Positions 1-8,665 of a DNA stretch of 64,000 nucleotides are shown here, piece by piece. The notes beneath the pieces were generated by a model, which was not told where the DNA came from, did not search any database, and was given only the letters and a program-made list of their open reading frames with translations. The DNA is taken from the NCBI GenBank assembly GCA_046290225.1, contig JBKAGE010000037.1, positions 32,001 to 96,000 on the forward strand. Reading direction: 5' to 3'. The first letter of the stretch is position 1, and every line of letters starts with the position of its first letter. Position numbers and translations under genes: made by a program. The DNA comes from Bradymonadia bacterium. Its GTDB lineage: Bacteria > Myxococcota_A > Bradymonadia > UBA7976 > UBA1532.

Positions 1-2
1 TC

Positions 3-566
3 GAGGCCTACAGCAAGGGGCTGTTTCCCTGGGAAGGGCGGCACCCGCTGCCATGGTGCAGCCCGGACCCTCGAGCCATCTTGATTCCCGGTGAGTTTCG
101 CGCCTCCCGCTCCTTGAAAAAGCTCGCTCGGCAGGGCCGATACGCCATCACCTTCAACACCGCCTTCACCGCAGTGATGAAAGCATGCGCCAGCATCGCC
201 CGACCTGGACAGAGCGGCACCTGGATCACGCCCCGCATGATCAAGGCCTACACTCGGCTACATCGCATGGGTGTCGCTCAAAGCGTCGAGGTCTGGCCCG
301 CCGACGAGGTGGGGCGCACCCTCGTCGGTGGCCTGTACGGCATCCGAATGGGGCAGGCCTTCTTCGGCGAGTCGATGTTCGCTCGAGCGCCCAACGTCAG
401 CAAGCTGGCGCTGCAGGCGTGGTGCGCTCGTCTCGACTCAGAGGGTGTGCAGTTGATCGACTGCCAGCAAGACACAGATCATCTGCGCTCGCTGGGCTCG
501 ATGACCATCTCCCGGCAGGCGTTCATCGAGCGGATTCGCGCAGCAGGTGTCGTGGAGCGACACTGA
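3..566 (+). CDS. aat: Leucyl/phenylalanyl-tRNA--protein transferase (5'-truncated by the window edge)
   Basis: Frame is open from base 3 (EAYSKGLFPW...WCSPDPRAIL); contains TWIT, GGLYG, FFGESMF and LIDCQ motifs typical of L/F-transferases. Confidence 0.93.
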   Translation, partial: EAYSKGLFPWEGRHPLPWCSPDPRAILIPGEFRASRSLKKLARQGRYAITFNTAFTAVMKACASIARPGQSGTWITPRMIKAYTRLHRMGVAQSVEVWPADEVGRTLVGGLYGIRMGQAFFGESMFARAPNVSKLALQAWCARLDSEGVQLIDCQQDTDHLRSLGSMTISRQAFIERIRAAGVVERH

Positions 567-641
567 GAGATGATCTGATTGTGGCTTGCTCCATCTCGCC
601 CCGGCCGTTAGTGTCACCAAAACACAAACAAAGGAACGGCC

Positions 642-1349
642 ATGTCGCTGTCGCTGAGAAATTTCGAGCGTATCTGCTTCTTCACCGGCGCTGGCCTCTC
701 GGCAGAGAGCGGCGTGCCCACCTATCGGGGCAAAGGGGGCATGTGGTCGCAGTACAACTACGAAGAGTACGCCTGCCAGGAAGCCTTCGACCGAAACCCT
801 GAGAAAGTCTGGGATTTTCACAATGCGCGGCGAGAGGTCGTGGCGGGGTGCGATCCCAACCGGGCGCATCGGCTGATCGCTGACATCAAACGCGAGAAAC
901 CCGGCACTTCGATCATCACGCAGAACATCGATGGCCTGCTTCAACGGGCGGGGGCCACCGACGTCATCGAGCTGCACGGCAGCCTCTGGCGGGTGAGATG
1001 CCCCTGCGACGGCTCCAAGGTGGAGAACTTCGATGTACCCTTTGTGGCATCTAAATGTTCTTGTGGTGATGATTGGCGTCCGGACATCGTCTGGTTTGGT
1101 GACATGCTCGACGAAGGCACCATGCTCAGAGCCCAGGAAGCCCTGGCGGAGTGTGACTGCATCGTGAGCATCGGCACCTCGGGTGTGGTCTACCCTGCTG
1201 CCGTTTTGCCGCAGATCGCAGTGCAGATCGGCGCGACGAGCATCGAGATCAACCCTGAGGAGACTGCGGTGTCCCAGCTGTACGAGCATTGTCTCCGGGG
1301 GCCTGCCTCGGAGATGTTGGAGCGCTTGTGGAACGACTCATCTGCCTGA
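642..1349 (+). CDS. cobB: NAD-dependent protein deacylase (sirtuin, Sir2/CobB family)
   Basis: Motifs TGAGLSAESGVPTYRG, ITQNIDGL, ELHGS, RPDIVWFG, GTSGVVYPAA and EINP. Confidence 0.93.
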   Translation: MSLSLRNFERICFFTGAGLSAESGVPTYRGKGGMWSQYNYEEYACQEAFDRNPEKVWDFHNARREVVAGCDPNRAHRLIADIKREKPGTSIITQNIDGLLQRAGATDVIELHGSLWRVRCPCDGSKVENFDVPFVASKCSCGDDWRPDIVWFGDMLDEGTMLRAQEALAECDCIVSIGTSGVVYPAAVLPQIAVQIGATSIEINPEETAVSQLYEHCLRGPASEMLERLWNDSSA

Positions 1350-2626
1350 TCGTCATCGCATCGAGCGGGGCCGCCCTCGCCGCCCCTGCTGATCCACTCC
1401 CCCCACCTGAGCCTGCCGCTGAGGTCACCGCCGAGGTGGCCTCGCCCGTGACCCCTGCCCCACCTGCCCTGCCACAGCTGACGGTCCGCAGCCGCCCAGA
1501 AGAGGCCCAGGTCTATGCAGGGCTGACCCCTCTCGGTCTCACCCCGCTCACCGTGGGCCTGCCAGAGGGCCGCTATCCATTGGCGGTGTACCGGCCCGGC
1601 GCAGTGCCCAACAAGCGCCCGGTGCGTCTCGAGTCGGAGGGCAAGACCTGGACGCCGGCCATCCGCAAGGCATGGCCGCCGACGCCGTGGGGCTGGCCCG
1701 ACGACGCCCCGCCATGGGCCACCAAGAATGGCTGCCGAGGGATCCACCGATGCGGCCTGGGTGCCGCTCGAGGCTTCAGCCCGGTGCTCACCGACACCAC
1801 GGCCCTCGCCCGGGCCATCGTCGAGGTGGCCCGGGATCAACAAACGACTGTGGGCCGCCTGGAGAAGGTGTACGTCGAGTCGTGGGGACACACCCAAGCC
1901 ACAGTGCTCCGGCAAACCACGCGGTGGCGGGTGCGGCCCGCCCGGTTCGATCACTGGACGGCCCCCGACGGCCTGGCAGGCTGGCGGATCTTCGGCGGCC
2001 GAGGTGGGGGTCAGCTGGGCTGGCCCGCCCTCGGCGCAGGCGACGCCCTGGCCATGGACGACGAAATCGCTCAGATGGCTCGAGCGGAGATCGGCGCAAT
2101 CCTCTCGGCGATCCGCTGGCAGATGGCCGCTCGCAAAGGCGTCATGGTGCAAGCCCGTCAGGGCACCTTCATCGATGGGGATCGAGATCGGCTGCTCTTC
2201 GAAGACGAGGCGACGCTGACCTTCAAGGGCACACTGCAGGGGGCCAATACCCGGATCGAGTTGAGAGGCCGCCTCTCTGATCTGCAAGCGATCACGCAGA
2301 AGCATGATGTGCCCGTAGGCACCGAGTATCAGACCACAGACATGATCCAAGTCACCCTCACGACCCCGACCGACAAAGGCCCCCGGGTGATCCGGTTCGG
2401 TGTGGAGGCGGGGGTGACCCGCCTGATCGAGAGCGACAGTGACATCACCCCCGCAGGTGCCCTGAAGCAGCTCAAGAAGGGGCTGAAAGCGGTGGGCTTG
2501 CGCATAGAGCAGCGCGCGCTGATCGGCGAGGTGAACGGGGTGCCCGTTGTCCGGGTGGTCGTGGGTCCGGGGGGGAAGGCGCCTGCGAGAGAGATGCGTA
2601 AGGCAGCGCAGAAGAAGCGCAGCTGA
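1289..2626 (+). CDS. PEGA-domain secreted protein (true start probably slightly downstream)
   Basis: Signal-like N-terminus, Pro-rich linker, then a PEGA-like segment LTVRSRPEEAQVY...LGLTPLTV.LPEGRY. Confidence 0.6.
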   Translation: MSPGACLGDVGALVERLICLIVIASSGAALAAPADPLPPPEPAAEVTAEVASPVTPAPPALPQLTVRSRPEEAQVYAGLTPLGLTPLTVGLPEGRYPLAVYRPGAVPNKRPVRLESEGKTWTPAIRKAWPPTPWGWPDDAPPWATKNGCRGIHRCGLGAARGFSPVLTDTTALARAIVEVARDQQTTVGRLEKVYVESWGHTQATVLRQTTRWRVRPARFDHWTAPDGLAGWRIFGGRGGGQLGWPALGAGDALAMDDEIAQMARAEIGAILSAIRWQMAARKGVMVQARQGTFIDGDRDRLLFEDEATLTFKGTLQGANTRIELRGRLSDLQAITQKHDVPVGTEYQTTDMIQVTLTTPTDKGPRVIRFGVEAGVTRLIESDSDITPAGALKQLKKGLKAVGLRIEQRALIGEVNGVPVVRVVVGPGGKAPAREMRKAAQKKRS

Positions 2627-2632
2627 AGGGGT

Positions 2633-3499
2633 TTACTCCGCCGCTGCGTCAGCAGCTTCCTGCTCTTTGATCAAGCTCTCGTAGAGCGCATCCGTCAGCA
2701 CTGCGGTCCCATGACGCTGGGAGCCGTTGCCGTGGATGAAGAACTGCCCCAGGCGCTGCTCGCCATAGGGCCCCGCCTTCAACGTGTACTCGCCAGCGGG
2801 CACATCTTTGAACTCCACCACGCCGTCTACGTCGGTGACCGCCTCGACTTCGCCCAGGCTCAGCTCGAGGCCAGAGGCTGCCTGACCGTAGGCGGTGACG
2901 ATGGTCAGCCGCAGATCTCCAGGGGTACGCGCCTCGAGATCGCCCTTCGAGCTGAGGGTCATCTCGTACGCGGCGCTGTCTTCATAGGCAGCAGGCGTGG
3001 CCAGGACCACCACCATGTACTGTCCGGGCTCGTAGATGTCGTACTGAGCCACGCTCGAATCCCACCGCTTGATCAAATCCCACTGTTCGAAGGGGGAGTT
3101 TGCAGGGGCTTTTTCATCATAGCGGAACAACAACGTCGAGCTTTGGTAGGCGCGGGGGCGGCCAAAGGCGATGTTGGCCGCATCCCACAGCAGCTCTTCC
3201 CACCCCCAGCTCAGCTCTGCCACCAACGTCTGAGCCGACTCAACCTCGAAGGTGTAGGCGACATACTCTTCTTCGAAGAAGTTGCCCTCTCGCGTCGAGC
3301 CATCAAGCTCAACCTCAGAGGGCTTGAGGACGCGCTTGAAGTTGAGGCCGTCGGCCTTGCCTCCAGGCTCGGTGAGCACCGGACGCTCACCACTCTCGGC
3401 AGCCTCTTCAGCAGGCGCCTGCACCTCGTCGTTCATCTGCTCGCCACAGGCGACGAGGGCGGTGGAAGCGAGCAGAGCAAGGCAGAGTCGGTACAACAT
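2633..3499 (-). CDS. Lipoprotein with a GKADG motif and a C-terminal carboxypeptidase-regulatory-like Ig domain
   Basis: Lipobox LVAC after MLYRLCLALL; PGGKADG; TDVDGVVEFKDVPAGEYTLKA. Confidence 0.7.
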   Translation of the reverse strand: MLYRLCLALLASTALVACGEQMNDEVQAPAEEAAESGERPVLTEPGGKADGLNFKRVLKPSEVELDGSTREGNFFEEEYVAYTFEVESAQTLVAELSWGWEELLWDAANIAFGRPRAYQSSTLLFRYDEKAPANSPFEQWDLIKRWDSSVAQYDIYEPGQYMVVVLATPAAYEDSAAYEMTLSSKGDLEARTPGDLRLTIVTAYGQAASGLELSLGEVEAVTDVDGVVEFKDVPAGEYTLKAGPYGEQRLGQFFIHGNGSQRHGTAVLTDALYESLIKEQEAADAAAE

Positions 3500-3535
3500 G
3501 GTGAAGACCTTTGTGGGGGTGTTGCCACAGAGTAG

Positions 3536-3551
3536 AGCAAACACAGTGCCA
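3536..3551 (-). promoter_or_regulatory. Sigma54 (-24/-12) promoter of the 2633-3499 lipoprotein gene
   Basis: Minus strand reads TGGCAC-TGTGT-TTGCT, a match to TGGCAC-N5-TTGCW, about 36 bp upstream of the ATG. Confidence 0.75.
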
Positions 3552-3709
3552 CATATCATCTGCGCCGCAAATGAGGAGATACGTGGCCAACTCAGATGAT
3601 ATTGGGGTGTAGAGACCGGAAGCTGCTCTCGCCAGTGGTCATCGAACGCAGGGCCTCAGCCCCCAGCTGTCGAACCCCACTGTCGGGCCCATCTGCCAAC
3701 ACCTTCCGT

Positions 3710-4696
3710 TCAGCGCCCTTCCGGGCCCGGACCACCGATGATCGACGGCATGCGAGGGATGCCCACCACTGCCCCTCGCCGCGTCACGGCATACGCGCCG
3801 ATCTCACAAGCAAAGTTCAGATGATCCTGAATGCGGGCCTGAGGCACCTCGGCAAGGGGCCCAGACTCTTGAGACAAGCGCACCAGCAACGCCGCCATGA
3901 AAGCATCACCGGCGCCGGTGGTGTCCACCACCTGCACCCTCGGCGTCTGCACATAGCCTGAGTCGTTGGCTCGGGCCCAATACGCGCCCTCGGGGCCCAG
4001 AGTGACCACCGCCAGCGTGGCGCCACGCTCGAGCAGCCGCTGCGCGGCCTCTTCGTGGAACCGCACCCCGGTGAGCCACTCGGTCTCGTCCTCGGCGCAT
4101 TTGATGACGTCGCAGCGAGAGAGCATGCGCTGGAGGCGCGCCTCGATCATCGCCGGATCACCCCAGCTTGGCGGCGCCTTGCCCGGATCACAGCACACCA
4201 GACCTGTGGCGTGCTCGATGAGGGCTTCGACGGCGGCTTCCCCACCTGCCTTACGCAGCGAGCTCACGGAGAAAAAGCACACCTTCGCAGCAGCCGCAAA
4301 AGTCGGATCGACATCTTCAGCGTTCAGCAACGCCGCAGCATCACCACCCCGATGGGTGAAACTGCGCTCGCGGTTGTCGTCGAGGGTGATGAAGCACAGC
4401 CCCGTGATGTCTTCGTGGGTGAGACGCAGGCATCGGGTGTCCACGCGCTCTCGCTCGAAGTTGGCCTTGAGGAACAGCCCGAAGGCGTCGTCGCCCACCA
4501 CCCCTGCAAAGCCCGAGCGACCACCAAGGCGGGCGCTCACCACGGCGACATTGCCCGGGGCTCCACCGCTGTGCATTTCGAAGGTCGTGGCTGTGCTCAA
4601 CGCGCCGTAGTGCAAGGGCACGAAGTCTACCAGGGCATCACCGAGGATGAAGATCTCTGGTAACGGGGCGGTCTGATCGGAGGGTCCGGTCGTCAT
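3710..4696 (-). CDS. PfkB-family carbohydrate kinase (fructokinase-like)
   Basis: Motifs GGAPGNVA, GVVGDDAFG, VTLGPEGA and VVDTTGAGDAF. Confidence 0.9.
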   Translation of the reverse strand: MTTGPSDQTAPLPEIFILGDALVDFVPLHYGALSTATTFEMHSGGAPGNVAVVSARLGGRSGFAGVVGDDAFGLFLKANFERERVDTRCLRLTHEDITGLCFITLDDNRERSFTHRGGDAAALLNAEDVDPTFAAAAKVCFFSVSSLRKAGGEAAVEALIEHATGLVCCDPGKAPPSWGDPAMIEARLQRMLSRCDVIKCAEDETEWLTGVRFHEEAAQRLLERGATLAVVTLGPEGAYWARANDSGYVQTPRVQVVDTTGAGDAFMAALLVRLSQESGPLAEVPQARIQDHLNFACEIGAYAVTRRGAVVGIPRMPSIIGGPGPEGR

Positions 4697-4746
4697 GGGG
4701 CGCACCATATCAAACCCTGGGGCCACGGGGGAGAGCGTTCGGCGCT

Positions 4747-5619
4747 CTAAATTACGCCCTGCCAGTCTCTGCCTCTGGCGAGGAAACGACTCTGAATGAT
4801 CGCCAGCACATCTGCAGGCAGAGGCCCACGCTCGAGGGCCTCCACAGCGGCCTTCAAGTTGGCCAGACGCCGCGAGCCCACAAGGCATGTGTGCACCCCA
4901 GGGGCAAAGGCAGTGAAGCGCACCATCAGCTCCGGCCAGGGCAGCGCCGGTGTGAGATCCAGAGCCTGCCCCCGCCGCCAGTAAGTGGCCACGTCAGGAG
5001 CATCAGGGCAGCGGGTATGGCGCCAGAACGCATTGCCCAGGGCACGCTTGGCCAGCACCCCGCAGCGCGTGTTGACTGGCAGCACAGCGTTCATGCTGTG
5101 TTGATCGACCACGCTCACCGAGGTCTGAACCGCGCCAAAGGCCGGATGGCTCAAGGCGAACGCCAGCGCCTCGTTCTCTCCAGAGTAACCCGCCACCCGG
5201 ACCAGGCCCTCATCGACCACATCTTCCACCGCCCGCAGCACATCATCACGTCGCAACACCTCGAGCGGGCAGGAATGTAGAAAGAAGAGGTCGAGATGAT
5301 CTGTCTGCAGGCGTTTCAGCGCCAGGCGCACGCCCTGGCGGATCGCGTCGCCCGTCCAGTCGGGGACTCCTGGGACCCCATACCCGCCTTTGGTCGACAA
5401 CAGATATGTCTCTCGAGGGCGTCGGAGCAGGCGGCCGATGCGGGCCTCGGCCTCACCATAGCTCGGCGCCGTGTCGATGAGGCTCAGCCCCAAATCGATG
5501 GCGCCATGGAGCACGGCGTCGACTTCGGCGTCCTCGAGATCCGGACCGCCGAGGCTGCCGGCACCAAGGGCCAGAGCCGGCGTCTGCAGACCAGTCTGGC
5601 CAAAGGCTCTCAGAAGCAC
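4747..5619 (-). CDS. Aldo/keto reductase
   Basis: Motifs IDTAPSYGEAE, LSTKGG and LKRLQTDHLDLFFLH. Confidence 0.9.
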   Translation of the reverse strand: MLLRAFGQTGLQTPALALGAGSLGGPDLEDAEVDAVLHGAIDLGLSLIDTAPSYGEAEARIGRLLRRPRETYLLSTKGGYGVPGVPDWTGDAIRQGVRLALKRLQTDHLDLFFLHSCPLEVLRRDDVLRAVEDVVDEGLVRVAGYSGENEALAFALSHPAFGAVQTSVSVVDQHSMNAVLPVNTRCGVLAKRALGNAFWRHTRCPDAPDVATYWRRGQALDLTPALPWPELMVRFTAFAPGVHTCLVGSRRLANLKAAVEALERGPLPADVLAIIQSRFLARGRDWQGVI

Positions 5620-7055
5620 ATGTTCACGCAGTTGTCGGGGTTATTCCGGAACCGGATGCACAGCTCCCCTTCACTGGCCAGGGCGGGGTTGGTCCAGCCA
5701 TCGCCGGGCTCGAAGAGCCACACATCGTTCACCGCGCCACAGTCGGTCTTGCCACCGAAGGCGATCGAGCGGCCACACGCTTCGGAGTAGACCCAACTGT
5801 GGGCGTTGCGACGCTCCGGCGTACCCGGGGCAGCGATGACGAAGTCCGGGGGAAAATCACAGAAGCCGTTGGCGGGCTTGTTGAAGCGATCGAAGTCGGC
5901 GAGAGGGCTCCACTGGCCGTCCTCGGGGTCGAAGGCCCAGATGTCGTTGCGGTTGCCCAGATCAGTGGCGTCGTGGCCCGCGAACATCACATAGGCGTCC
6001 AGGGCGGTGTCGTGGACGATGTAGGACCAGAAACGGCTGTCGGGCACCTCGGCAGAGTCGCCATCGATGCGCTCCCAGGTGTCCACATCGGGGTAGAAGG
6101 CCCACAGATCATCGTAATAGTTCGCCGCGAAGAAGGCGGTCTCGTCACCGCCGCCATACATCAACATCTGATCTCGTGCAGTGTCGAAGGTGGCGGCGTG
6201 CCAGATGCGGCCCTCTGGAGGAATGCCCGTGGGCATGATCTCAGACCAGCTGTTGGTGGCGATGTCGTAGCGCCACATATCCTCGAGGACCACAGGGTTG
6301 GCGCCGCTCGAGCTGCTGTTGCCCCCGAGCAGGAGCAGCTGATCCCGGTTGGCGTCGTACGCCAGGGTGTGGTTGTAGCGCCCCTCGGGCACCGGGCCGT
6401 CGGTCATGATCTCCGCCCAGGTGCGCGTCTCCGGATCGAACCGCCAGAGATCGCCGAGGACCTGATAGGGCCCCGAAGAGGCCTGCCGGGTGCGCCCGCC
6501 GAACATCCACATGGCACCATCGCCGAACACGGCGGCATGACGACCACGGGCCGAAGGGCCCTCGCTGCCCAGGTTCACCCAACGACCACAGCCCTCGGCA
6601 GGGGTGTAGTCGTAGTAGAGCCAGGTGGTGTCCTGGAACTGATAGGCGGGAAAACCACAGTTCTCCGGCACGGCGGTGTTGCCCCCGAAGATGATCATCG
6701 TCTTGCGCGCGTCATCGTAAGTCGCGACGTGCTCGTTCAACCGCGGTGGGCCCTCGTCCTGGCCATCACAGGCAGCCTCTGGAGGCGCCGGGCAGGCCTC
6801 GTCCACCACGCCACCAGCACCGCCAGCCATTTCGCCACCAGCACCGCCTGCAACCTCACCACCAGCCCCCCCCTCTGCACCAGCACCACCAGCGCCGCCG
6901 GCCACTTCGCCACCGGCGCCGCCCATGGCCGCGCCTCCGGCACCAACAGCGGCGTCAGGGGTGTTGTCGGGATCACTGCTGCTGTCGTCATCGCAGGCCG
7001 CGAGGGCCAACATCAGCAGAGGAGCGGTGAGCATCAGGGGGTTTCGAATGAGCAT
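5610..7055 (-). CDS. Kelch-repeat (beta-propeller) lipoprotein
   Basis: Lipobox LAAC, GGAGG low-complexity linker, and repeated R..H....FGG.....DLW.F.P...W kelch units. Confidence 0.82.
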   Translation of the reverse strand: MLIRNPLMLTAPLLMLALAACDDDSSSDPDNTPDAAVGAGGAAMGGAGGEVAGGAGGAGAEGGAGGEVAGGAGGEMAGGAGGVVDEACPAPPEAACDGQDEGPPRLNEHVATYDDARKTMIIFGGNTAVPENCGFPAYQFQDTTWLYYDYTPAEGCGRWVNLGSEGPSARGRHAAVFGDGAMWMFGGRTRQASSGPYQVLGDLWRFDPETRTWAEIMTDGPVPEGRYNHTLAYDANRDQLLLLGGNSSSSGANPVVLEDMWRYDIATNSWSEIMPTGIPPEGRIWHAATFDTARDQMLMYGGGDETAFFAANYYDDLWAFYPDVDTWERIDGDSAEVPDSRFWSYIVHDTALDAYVMFAGHDATDLGNRNDIWAFDPEDGQWSPLADFDRFNKPANGFCDFPPDFVIAAPGTPERRNAHSWVYSEACGRSIAFGGKTDCGAVNDVWLFEPGDGWTNPALASEGELCIRFRNNPDNCVNMCF

Positions 7056-8637
7056 CGTGGGCACCAGACAGTCTCTGAATCGGTGCCGCATCGTAGCGGG
7101 GCGTGTCGCCTCGGGCCACCCCCCATGAAATCGCCGCACCGATGGCGCCCATCAGCCCACCGATGAGCAATGCCACGCGCCACGACAGGCCCTGCTCCTG
7201 GGGCTTCGCCTGTCGTTGGGTGATCAGGCGCGTGCCCTGAGGGCCACGCCGTTGAGGACGCATGTACGGCGCGGTGTCGGGACCCGAGCCCACAGGACGA
7301 TCGCCGTTCTGCGGGCCATGGACCGCCACCTGCTTTGCGGGGCCTTGAGCGCCGACGAGCACCGATCGCTCCGGGCGTTGAGGGGTCGGGTGATCCATGT
7401 TCGGCGAAGCGGCATCTTTGCCAGGGGGCGAGATGGGCGGCAGATCCATCATGGTGCCGCCGAGGGCCTTCTTGGGCTGCGCGGACGCCTCCCCTTCAGA
7501 CTGGAGAGTGCCTTTGAGGGCTTCGGCGAGCAGCTCCGCTGTCTGCAAGCGGCCCTCTGGGCGTTTGGTCAATGCTCGCCGTACCTCTGCACGCAGCGCT
7601 GTGGAGATGCTCAGTTGCTCTGGCAACTCGGGAATCGGCGCCTCCACATGGGCGCGGAGCACCTCTTGAGCCTTCTCTCCGGTGAAGGGCAGCTCTCCGG
7701 CGAGCATCTCGAAGATCATCACCCCCATGGAGTAGAGATCGCTCGTCGGCGCGGCATCGTGACCCAGCACCCGCTCAGGTGCAGCATATGCAGTGGTGCC
7801 CACGATGAAGCCTCTGCGGGTGTGGATCGACGAGACCCGTATGGCATCGTCGGCCTTGAGCACCTTGGAGATACCGAAGTCCACCACCCTAATCCGGGGC
7901 TCGCCCGGCGGGTTGGGCTCAAGGATGATGTTCTCGGGCTTGAGATCCCGGTGCACGATGCCGCGTCGGTGTGCCTCGCCGAGGGCGTCGAGGACCTCGG
8001 CGGCGATGGGCACCGCCCGCTCTGGTCGCAGAGGGCCTTCCTCTTGGATGATCTCCTTGAGGGTGGGCCCGGCGATGTACTCCATGGCGATGTAGATCCA
8101 GGGTGGGCGGCCCCCTGATCTCGGCGATTCACCCGCGGAGACCAGCTTCACCGTCGCTGGATGCCTCAATGCGCCGATGGCCCTCGCTTCTTGAAAGAAA
8201 CGCGCCGCCCCTGACGGATCACGCCGGGCGCTCTCTTTGAGCACCTTCACCGCCACCACTCGGCCCACGGGCGCCTGCACCGCCCGATACACCACCCCGA
8301 AGCCGCCTTCACCGATGCGACCCACCAACAGGAACTGATCGCCAATACGCCGGCCCAGAAGCGGATCATTCGGGAAGGCCTTCAGATCATCTGCAAGGAC
8401 GAAGACAGACTCGTCATGAGGACACAGCCACTGATCTGCCTCGGGTATCTGGGTTTGATGTCCGCAGAGACGACAGGTGTAGAGGGGGGCTTCGGGATCT
8501 TTGATCGTCGCAGGCGCAGGACGCCGGGACCCTCGACGAGGGCGCTCACGCTCAGCAGGTTGACCTCGGGTGCGAGGTCGAGCGGTCCGGCGGGTGGACA
8601 AGAAAGCCTCCTGGCACATTGAGGTGCACTGCGACAT
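6988..8637 (-). CDS. Eukaryotic-like Ser/Thr protein kinase with an N-terminal Zn-ribbon and a C-terminal TM helix
   Basis: Motifs IGEGGFGVVY, VAVK, HRDLKPEN, DFG, GTTAYAAPE and SDLYSMG; CRLC...CPHD; hydrophobic helix near the C-terminus. Confidence 0.92.
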   Translation of the reverse strand: MSQCTSMCQEAFLSTRRTARPRTRGQPAERERPRRGSRRPAPATIKDPEAPLYTCRLCGHQTQIPEADQWLCPHDESVFVLADDLKAFPNDPLLGRRIGDQFLLVGRIGEGGFGVVYRAVQAPVGRVVAVKVLKESARRDPSGAARFFQEARAIGALRHPATVKLVSAGESPRSGGRPPWIYIAMEYIAGPTLKEIIQEEGPLRPERAVPIAAEVLDALGEAHRRGIVHRDLKPENIILEPNPPGEPRIRVVDFGISKVLKADDAIRVSSIHTRRGFIVGTTAYAAPERVLGHDAAPTSDLYSMGVMIFEMLAGELPFTGEKAQEVLRAHVEAPIPELPEQLSISTALRAEVRRALTKRPEGRLQTAELLAEALKGTLQSEGEASAQPKKALGGTMMDLPPISPPGKDAASPNMDHPTPQRPERSVLVGAQGPAKQVAVHGPQNGDRPVGSGPDTAPYMRPQRRGPQGTRLITQRQAKPQEQGLSWRVALLIGGLMGAIGAAISWGVARGDTPRYDAAPIQRLSGAHDAHSKPPDAHRSSADVGPRGLR

Positions 8638-8665
8638 GCACTGTGGCAGCTGAGGCGCAGCGTGA

